Assembly (NCBI GenBank): GCA_024704765.1
Contig: JAKMXF010000324.1
Location: 124,001-188,000, forward strand
Direction of reading: 5' to 3'
Length of the DNA: 64,000 bases
Origin: Oopsacas minuta
Lineage: Eukaryota > Animalia > Porifera
Part shown: in pieces, positions 1 through 9,200 of the stretch
How the letters are laid out: each line of letters starts with the position of its first letter
Position numbering within the stretch: position 1 is the stretch's first letter
Program-made: the position numbers and the translations under genes
Notes under the pieces: generated by a model
The model's input: only the letters and a program-made list of their open reading frames with translations
Told to the model about the DNA's origin: nothing
Databases searched by the model: none

Positions 1-79
1 CTGGGGCCAAAAAATCCAGAGCGTCCACATAATTCTTCTTGAAAAATAGGAAATTATGTACCAATTATAATTCATATAG

Positions 80-1072
80 TCGAAAATGGAAGAACTTTTG
101 CCTGTTCCAGTATTTAATTGCAATTTTTGGCAGGTTTGTACATATGTTAACATATGCATATATTGTAGAGTACACCATTCCTTGGGTGATGGCTTTTCAA
201 TGTGGAGAGTCATCTTCAAAATCTGTGATATTAATCTTAAAGATGAATTTGCCGGCAATAAATTGACAGTTTCCAGACTCACAACATTCCAACGAATAAT
301 GGCGAATATGAAAACATTTCTTTCCATCCCAATGTATCTCACAGATCTTATTATATTCACTACGAAATATAACAGGAAATATACTGAAGGAATTACAAAC
401 GAAAAGCGTATTGCTTGGAGCAATAAACTCGATTTCGAAAAGGTTCGCGATGTAAAAAGTAAAACGAAAACGACAGTAAATGATGTACTCATGACCTTAG
501 TAACCGAATCAACCAGAAGGTATTTCACAAGCCGATCACGTAATGACATCATAGATAAAGAAGTTATTTACGGGATGGGAGTATCGCTAGACGCCGATAT
601 TGACAATCTTCAACTTACAAACAATGATGCGGGGATATTAATATTAACCCCAACAATTATTGAAGGCCCTTTCAATCAACTAAAAATTATCAATCGAAAC
701 ATGGCAAAAATGAAATATGAGCTCTGGCCATTCTTCTATAGTATGTGTTTATACTTCCTAATCACACTCCCTATTCCTGTCTCGCTTGTTAGAAAAATTA
801 CAGGAGCAATGGCAATTGGGATTGGAAATTACAGTAATGTCCCTGGTCCGAATACTAAGCTAGTTTGGAATGGTGTAGTTGTTGATGAAGCATATGCAAT
901 CGTGATGACGTCATGGAATCAGGTCTTGGCAATTGTGTTTTCAACTTATAAGGGCAAAATGTGTCTCGGAGTGAAGAGTGACTGTTGTATAATGGATAAA
1001 CCTGACGAATTGGTTGAAGAGATGATTCGAGTACTGGAAGAGATGTATCTTGAAGTTAATGGTAGTTCTTGA
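80..1072 (+). CDS. Wax ester synthase/diacylglycerol acyltransferase (WS/DGAT family), 3' exon; gene probably starts upstream of the window
   Basis: Catalytic HHxxxDG motif (RVHHSLGDG), KxxTKTTVNDV motif and C-terminal SNVPGP motif. An in-frame TAG at 77-79 doubles as a likely acceptor (ttcatatag|tcgaaaATG), so this is probably the last exon of a longer gene. Confidence 0.85.
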   Translation, partial: SKMEELLPVPVFNCNFWQVCTYVNICIYCRVHHSLGDGFSMWRVIFKICDINLKDEFAGNKLTVSRLTTFQRIMANMKTFLSIPMYLTDLIIFTTKYNRKYTEGITNEKRIAWSNKLDFEKVRDVKSKTKTTVNDVLMTLVTESTRRYFTSRSRNDIIDKEVIYGMGVSLDADIDNLQLTNNDAGILILTPTIIEGPFNQLKIINRNMAKMKYELWPFFYSMCLYFLITLPIPVSLVRKITGAMAIGIGNYSNVPGPNTKLVWNGVVVDEAYAIVMTSWNQVLAIVFSTYKGKMCLGVKSDCCIMDKPDELVEEMIRVLEEMYLEVNGSS

Positions 1073-1234
1073 ATGTGTTTTATTTGAAAATTAGTTAGAT
1101 TAAACTTTGTTTTATCGTTTTATTGTTTCTATTACATATCTTGATTTACTAGATTACTTATGCCATGATAGATAAAATTCAAAGTTCTGAAAGGCGAAAG
1201 CGAAAATGTGTTTGTCAACTAATATTCAAAAATA

Positions 1235-1375
1235 GCGGGGACGGATGCAGTCTCGCGGATTATTACACTTTTACAAATTTTGGCGGGACATTACCTTTAA
1301 TACAGATACCGAAAGAGCAAGAATTCCCGCCAAAAAATAGACATACGTAGTTTCCAAATGTGCAGAGACTATCTC
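1235..1375. mobile_element. Dispersed repeat with internal inverted ttttggcgggac / cccgccaaaa motifs (non-autonomous DNA transposon-like); related copies near 29355-29520 and 54140-54200 (reverse)
   Basis: caaattttggcgggaca...ttcccgcc(a/t)aaaa is shared between 1275-1335 and 29440-29495. Confidence 0.5.
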
Positions 1376-1428
1376 TACCAAATAACAGTAACAAAAGTAG
1401 TTATACTATGGGATATAAGAATAAGAAT

Positions 1429-2721
1429 TCAATAAGGCTTAATAACGACAAATTTTTGCAGCATTGCATTATCCTTCCCATCGGTTACAAATAAACTTCC
1501 CGATTCATCAATCGCCAGGCCTGTTGGGTATAGAAAGTTCCCTGGGGCTGTACCCTCGTGTCCTATAGTATGCAAGAGTTTCCCCTCATTTGAGAACATT
1601 TTCAATCGATGTCCCTCCCGATCTGTGATGAAAATATTCACATGATGATCGAAACAAAACCGACGGCCTTCAGTCAGTGCAGTCTCTGGGATAATACATC
1701 TAAGTGGATCGCCGTTCAAGGTGAAAGACTGGAATGGATGATTCGTATTTGAGAATAAAATATACAGCTCTAGCTGTACAATACATATATGTTGAATACG
1801 TGTATGTTTTCGATGTTTCGTCTCATCAGATGTTCTAAGTTGGACGACTTTAATTTGCTTTAATTCTAAGTCAAAGACGTTCAGCATTAATTTCTCCGCG
1901 ACACCGATATACAAGGTTGGACCCACATAGTTGATAGCTAATCCAGAATATGTAGTTTGGCTACTGACAAGGTCAATAATCGCGATCGAACTTTTCGTTA
2001 ATTTCAAGATAGAACGATCACAAACGATGAATATATATTCCCCAACAATAGCTAAGTTGTTTGGGAACATGATTTTCTGATCAGCGAAAGTTGCTACTTC
2101 AGTCAAATCATTCGTGTTGAATATTTTCACGCATGAAGTTGTACTTTTCACGAGAGCGAATAATCTGTTTGTCGCTGTGTCGATTGCAAGAGCTTCCACC
2201 GATTCGTTTGGTGTTTGTTTATGGCTGTATTTAACCGGGTAAGCATCGTAACGAAATATACTAATCTGCTCAATATTACAGATTTTATCGAATATATCAC
2301 GGAAATTTGGGTCGAATTTCAATTTTATTGACAGAATAGGCGGGGATTTCTCAAGAAGATTCTTTTCTTCCAAAAATTGGTGCATACCCGCTAGATGCAT
2401 TTCCACATACTGTAACATATTTTTCTCTTGAAAGCGAATTTGAAGATCTTTAACCTGTGAGGTGAGGAATTTTATCATATCATCTGTTGGTTGAAGTGAT
2501 CTTTGAAATTTATCACTCTCTGTATTACAGACGGCATCAAGTTGGCTACATATTTGTGATTCTTTCGCGCTTAACTGGTGGTGGTAGACAAGAAATTCCT
2601 CGTGAACTACACGCTTTTTCCCCTCGATAATATCAGAATATTCGTTTGCGTTTACGGAGGATATTGAATGTGGATTTCCAGTGAAAGATGCCATCATTGA
2701 TGCGAATAAATTCATATACAT
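1429..2721 (-). CDS. Coiled-coil + NHL/beta-propeller protein without RING/B-box; divergent from the other four NHL genes
   Basis: 430-aa intronless ORF. C-terminal NHL blades GHEGTAPGNFLYPTGLAIDESGSLFVTD and NIFITDREGHRLKMFS; helical N-terminus. Confidence 0.85.
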   Translation of the reverse strand: MYMNLFASMMASFTGNPHSISSVNANEYSDIIEGKKRVVHEEFLVYHHQLSAKESQICSQLDAVCNTESDKFQRSLQPTDDMIKFLTSQVKDLQIRFQEKNMLQYVEMHLAGMHQFLEEKNLLEKSPPILSIKLKFDPNFRDIFDKICNIEQISIFRYDAYPVKYSHKQTPNESVEALAIDTATNRLFALVKSTTSCVKIFNTNDLTEVATFADQKIMFPNNLAIVGEYIFIVCDRSILKLTKSSIAIIDLVSSQTTYSGLAINYVGPTLYIGVAEKLMLNVFDLELKQIKVVQLRTSDETKHRKHTRIQHICIVQLELYILFSNTNHPFQSFTLNGDPLRCIIPETALTEGRRFCFDHHVNIFITDREGHRLKMFSNEGKLLHTIGHEGTAPGNFLYPTGLAIDESGSLFVTDGKDNAMLQKFVVIKPY

Positions 2722-3039
2722 ATTATTGACAATATTTATAGTTATTTACGATGTATCAAAATCTTAGTTCCAATATAATCATCATTAAATACTGATGAAA
2801 GGAAGTGAGTGACAAACACGATTTACTAGTTTCTATTTATGAATAAATATTTATTGTGTATACAATGATCTAAGGGAGTGATTACAGCTATGAAGTCTCA
2901 CGATCGGTACAGAGTGTGCCGATCGTGAGACCAAATATGTTACCGTTGGAAGAAGAAGTGCAAGCCAAGAAATTATTGGATAAGCCCCGAGTTCAGCAGG
3001 AATTTATTGTATGTATTTATTAACTCAAATAATTGACAT

Positions 3040-3410
3040 TTCCAATATACAAGCGCGCTTCGCTTGCTCGCGCTACGCGGTTGGGAACACTTCGTGTCTG
3101 CACTCGGGCCTACCGCCCTCAAGTACATAAACTCATAATCCCTAACCGTAACAAACATGATACTGCCATAGTCTTTAATCTGCTTACTTTATGTCCCCAA
3201 AATAACAAATATTTATATGAAATGTTGGTTACGATGTCATAATTGGATTAAGCATGTTCGATATATTTAGGGAAGTTTTATTGAATTCTATTTACTTCCT
3301 TGATAAACAAGATAAATACATAGTTATGCTGCAATTTCAAAATTGCATACCGTAAATCCTTTCCTTGACAACGGACAAACAAACAAACCAACAAACAATT
3401 GAGATTTAAT
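3040..3410 (-). mobile_element. Non-autonomous Helitron-like element with GC-rich end and (ACAA)n tract
   Basis: Shares cgcttgctcgcgct, cacttcgtg and ttccttgacaaNggacaaa plus a microsatellite with the element at 37100-37467. Confidence 0.5.
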
Positions 3411-5993
3411 TATTTTACAATATACTACAGGACTATGGATAAGACTAACATGTATATCATATGCTGCCTGTTTGTTTTAGAGATTGGAAATTCTCATAAA
3501 ATATTGATTGTCAACATTTTTCTGAATTTTGTAAGTTATAACAGCAAATTCAATCGCCAGAGTATTCCATAGCGTATTTGATGGTATGGACATATGTTAT
3601 TGGGGACTAAAGTTAATAGCGTCACGAAGTTGTACCTTATTTCTCATAAATACACAGTAATTCAAATTCCCATTGCATTCTTCTATGAATTATCTACGTG
3701 TTAGATACAGATGGAATTTGAGATATTCTCTAGATATATTTCTATATACTTTTTGTCTTGTAGAGTGTAATTGAAACTTTCAAAATATAATATACACCCA
3801 TACAGTAAGAAGGATTTAACAGGAATAGATAGAACACTAAATATTCTATATATAATTGAATTTACTACTTGAAAACAATTTCGAATCTCCAACAATAACA
3901 ACAGCAACACCTTGCAACAACTCTCTATAAAGTGATCCTTGTTTGTATCAACAACTTATTGAGTGAGTTAATTTCTATTTTATTTCGTATGTAACTAGCT
4001 CGCTTGGTAGATGTGAATAATGTATGCTCGAGCACTTCGTGCCTAGGATTTACCTTAGCATAGAACAGCTAATGTCTTATAGCGCTTTTTAACATAAATA
4101 ACTCTATTTTACAATTAAAATATTATTTGTACGATTCACTTTAATTATTGAGTTAGTAAGTATTCAGTTTAACCAAATACTGCCGGGAAAATGTGTCATT
4201 TTATGACGTCAAAAAGGTGCTAAATCTCGATTTGGGTGCGAGAATTGGTTAAAACGAAGTGGAAAAATTATAGTAACACTTCGACCGTAATTGGTTTTAG
4301 TGGAAGAATATTGAATATTGACGTGTTATGAAGCAGTCATTTTGGGTCTTTTTGGCCGCATTGTGCTGCATTGCCATAGTAAAGAAATGTCCAGGCCGTG
4401 CTGTTTGTAAAAAATTGAGAGAGATTCGCCCTTTCAGTTTCGTGGAAGATTAATACCCAAATCAAATCAAAATGTAACTGCGAATTTATTCGAAATATCC
4501 TGGTTGGGTACCAAAATTGATGAATGAAATTCAAATTATACACAGACAGAATCCTAGTGTCAAAAACTGGGAATATTCTTACCAGTTATTGAAAACTCAT
4601 TCTATACTTAGCCTAATGGTAAATCCGGCACTGCATCATTGTTGCATACAATAAGGTTGAATTGTGTTTGGTGAATTTTCGATGCAAAATTGTTGTGTAA
4701 AGTTTGTTTAGAATTTTGAGGGCAGTTTTGTTGCATCGTGTATGGTAGCTAAGGTAAAATTAAGAATTTCTGACACGAATTCTAGAACAGAAATGGCTGC
4801 AGTTTTCAACGTCGATCTAAAGCTAGAAGATCTGAAAACGGAAATATTCAGAACTTTTGATGAACTTTACCAATATCTGTCAGATCGCAGAGATAGTCTT
4901 CTGTCTAGACTCGCTAACATGAAGGAAGGACACGACAAGAATGTAGAATTGGAGGAAGCAATAAAACAGTTGAGAATATCCAAAGATCAAATACTCGCTA
5001 CAATGACTAGCAACTTGGTAGGAGGATTACTAGACACAGTCAAACAAACGCTAGATAGAGACATCGAAGTGAAAATAGCTGAAAAGGTAAAAGTAGATAA
5101 CTTGGAGTTTATTGAGTTCCGTTGTTACCCTGATAAAATTCGTAAAACCATTAATGAAATAGATTTGTTTGAAATCATTCCTGAATACGTCAGGAGGGAA
5201 AACCCTATTCTTAAAGTTTGTAAGTGGGGTAGAGGAAATGGAGAGTTGAATAATCCCAGAGGAATAACAGTAGATAGAGCAAGTAATGAATTGTATATTT
5301 GTGATTATAGCAACAGTCGTATTCAAGTGTTGAATACTGAAGGAAAGTATTTGCGTTCTTTTGGGACTGACCACTTGAAGGAGCCACCACGGTATATGCC
5401 TATCGAAAGAGGAAGTATTCGTTACTGATAGAACTAAAGAGTCTATTGTGAAGTTTAGCCTAGCAGGACAATTCATAAAGGAAACAGGCTCAAGAGGCAA
5501 TACAAAAGGACGATTTACTTGTATCTCAGGATTGTGTCATGAAGCTGGGTTAATATATGTCTGTGATGCTAATATACAAAGAATTCAAATATTTGATTCT
5601 AATCTTAAATTCATTAAAGAGTTCGGCTACGGAGAACTCAAACATCCAAGAGACATTACTCTATTCTCTGACAGAATCTACATCCTATCTCAAAACAACA
5701 ACTCAATTCACTGCTATAACAGAGACTGTACTCTCCAGAATATTATACAGCTGACTGGACAGGATCAGCCAATGACAGCAGCTCTCTTCTTCACGATTGA
5801 TAAGAAGGGGAACTTCTTAATTACAGACAATACAGCTAAGGATATCCGTATCTTCTCACCTCAAGGAGTGATGAAGCACATTCTGGGTAGAGGACATCTC
5901 TATAACTTATCTGGTATTGTATTAGATAACTCAGATAATATTATATGTGTGAATTATGGCATTGATGGTAAAGGCTGTTTCCAGAAATTTTAA
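3410..5993 (+). repeat. Segmental duplication A, with inverted counterpart A' at about 51066-53815
   Basis: 3410-4270 matches the reverse complement of about 53000-53815 (A has about 55 extra nt near 3640-3695). 4645-5990 matches the reverse complement of 51066-52410. The middle (4270-4645) is unrelated between the copies. Confidence 0.92.
4793..5993 (+). pseudogene. Coiled-coil + NHL repeat gene, copy A, split by a +1 frameshift (pseudogene or sequence error)
   Basis: The sequence gagccaCcacggtata at about 5387 has one more base than the paralogs (gagccatacggtata, gagccacgcagtata). Removing it fuses ORFs 4742..5428 and 5448..5993 into a ~399-aa protein colinear with 27561..28760. Confidence 0.85.
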
Positions 5994-6263
5994 CTCTATC
6001 AATCCTCCAAACTAATCTTCACAGCTATTCTATTTTCTATTTCTTTTGATTTTGTGTTATAAAATATTTGTATTTGTATTTTCAGAATGAATCTTATTCT
6101 AATTTAATTAACGGAATCCACATACCTACACCCTAGAGTATATAATAATAGTTATTTATTCGGACAGTTACATGAGAAACGGACCCTATAGGGAATCATA
6201 TTTGCCCCATGGATCATAATGAATGTAGACCAACACCCATGATACCAATTTCGAAAGGTACAA

Positions 6264-9200
6264 TCAGAGGTGTGGATGGACCGACAGGATGTTTTGACAC
6301 ATTTTCTTCATTGCCGACACCTTAATTAATGTTACTTCAACTAACTTTAGAAAATATTTGTGAAGAGTATCCAAGAAAGAAGTGCTAGCTCTACTTCTAA
6401 ATTTAGATTTTGTAATTTGAAGTAATTTCGCTCCGTTACTGACTAACATCAAAGATTGTGTATAGTTCCATTCCAAATTGCATCCGCGGGCTCCTGTTTT
6501 AGCTAGGTGAGATTTGTAAATTTCTGTTAACTCAAAAACATCACCACGGGCCAGTTGTCTGAGTTGTAAATAGGCCTTGCCGTCTCTAGTAATGATACCG
6601 TCTATTCTAGAGACTGATTCCCGTGTAGATATTACTATGAAAAGAAATATTAGTGTAAAATATTGTTTACATCGTATATTAATAACAACAACAACAACAA
6701 AAGTATTTATTAACAAGTTAAATCTCATGACAATCGGCCCACGAAATTTCTCAAAACAGCGCGGACGGATATTGCATCCACCATGCCAAGAAGGCATCTC
6801 AACGAAAATTAGGCCTTCCGTTGGTGTTCCTATTACGAGGTCCCTGTACTTACAATCTTTACTCAATGACAGCTGTAATTGAGAGTATTGGCTAGGCGGT
6901 AATTCTGACAGATGTAAATGCCTATTCACACTCTGACCAATCATACTCGGCCTTTTGTCCAGTTTATCCACGTCAATTTCCTTCAAAACTCGACACTTGC
7001 CTTCTACGACTAAATAAAACAGCGAACATTCCATACTGTCCCTAACAACCACTTTGTTGATTGGGAATTCCTGTAGACGAGCTTCTAATACAACTTCCTC
7101 CAAATCTGATTGGCTCCAATTCTCGAAAAGATCTACGTCTTTCACTGCCGACATCTAAAAATAGAAAATTTCCCATAAAATTCTAATTTTAGTATCATTT
7201 ACCTTAAAATACTCGTTTTCACCTGTTTAGTGAGAAGTGTGAAAATTGCTTACATAATTGCAAATTTTAAAGACATTCACAGTCATCTACCCTTTTATAT
7301 GGAAATCTTATATTGTACAATTATGGTCCCGAAGCGTTAAAGTAACAAATTTTTCATCAGTTATATCCAAGTAATTATCACGGTCTCTTCAGCTTCGATA
7401 TAACAGGAGTTTACTGTCCTTACATATAATTATTACATTTGAATTCACAAAGATCGGACGAAAAGGCCGTAGACAATTAATGATTACACGTATAGAGTAG
7501 TGTACTCGTTTTCTTCAAGGATCTGTAACACAAAATCTCTATGGCTACCACCTTGACTCCAACAGAGTGTATCGACCTGTACAAAATCTTCTTTCCTTTC
7601 CAACAGCCCGGATAATCTACTACTAACAGAAGGTGATAAATACAGATATTCTTTGAGAGGAATAATAATTTTTTTGAAAATTCCAAATTCTATGATCCTT
7701 CGAAGCAATGCTGTCTGTCCTAGCAGTAACATCTCGTTAAGTTCTAACCGGTAAAGTTGGTAGAGGGATTGTGCATGTTTCAGTGATAAAAATAATCTTA
7801 TAACTTCGTTAATGCATACCAATTGCAAGTCAAAATCTCTACGTAAATAAGTGAGCATTTCACCTTGAAATTCTGTGCTGTTTAACAACAAGGGAATCCT
7901 CGGGGAAATCAAATACGCATTCGTGTATTGGAAAATAGGCACGAAGCCTTGGAGAATATTATAATATTGCAAATGTCTGCTAACATCAATACCGATTTCC
8001 TTCAGGGATACGTCACTATCTTTTGCAATAGATGATAAAGGCCTAATTTCGTCCATGTGCGATAGAACCTCTGCGATTGTGAGGTCAAGTTCTGTATGCG
8101 TTATTGTCCGTATGTTATGCTGGATAACTGGGACGGATTTGGAATCAATAGGCTCAAGAAGTGTGTCAGTATTCGTAGGTAAAACTTTGAGAAATAACCA
8201 ATTACAGTCGGTTATTTCAAGATTCACTTCGCCAACAGTTCGTAATCCGTGGAGAATAGCATTTAGAATACTCTGAAAATTATCTGAGTCATATGGCGAA
8301 CTGAAAAACGCTTCCTCGATCTCATAAATACTAAATTCATTCGCAATCTTCGTTAACACTGCGTGATATGGGAAAACATCCAAATTCCCATCAAAGCACA
8401 GCAGACAATTGAAGCTGTATTGATTTCTCTTATACTGTTCACCTAAGATACACTTTGCATGACCAATATACTTCCTATTTTCGTGGAAAAGTGTTAGAGT
8501 ACGATCAAAAAGCGAAAGGGGTGGAAATACAAAATTTTGTATTCGTGATATCTGTTCATCTGTTAGGTAGCCGAGGGGAGCTTGGTGCAGTAGGGTAGGG
8601 CCTAGACTTGTGAATTCCAGAAATAATATAGCAGAAGGAATTGGGAAGTTTTCAATAATTGAGTTTGTTGAAGTCATTGCTAGTTTAAGCTTTGAAACGG
8701 TAAATCCATAGTCCAAAATGACAAGATATAATACAGTAGACTCCGATTGCCAGAGATATGGTCCCAAACCGTAACATATATCAGTAACATCGAAGTACAG
8801 TAGACTATGAACAGAACTCCACAAGTTAATCAGGTCAAAATGGCCTGGTCCCGATGTGACACTATTTAAGCGGAGTCTACTGTTTATTCAATTGGAAATA
8901 AATTGTCTTTACAGATAATCCAAGGTGACAATATGAAACTTCCATATAAGGAATAATAAGTACACCTCTACAACAGACAAGCTCGTGGAACGAGGTAAGT
9001 TAATAATACATGTAAATAATACTTACTCAACCTCTAAGAAGCAGACATCTAACCTACTAAGGACAAAATCTAATCCCGATGTGTCTGTTATTGCAATACT
9101 TCGAAATATGCAAAGACTTGAATTGAATTAAATTACATATTTTACACAACCACAACATATAAATTCTAATTATTAGTTACCTCAAAACGCGTGACATAAC

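Noticed and set aside
8678-8824. 49-aa N-terminal extension of NPRL2 in the ORF track
   Set aside because: It starts at TTG and is translated MITE sequence; the same peptide (WSSVHSLLYFD) appears in ORF 13993..14346.
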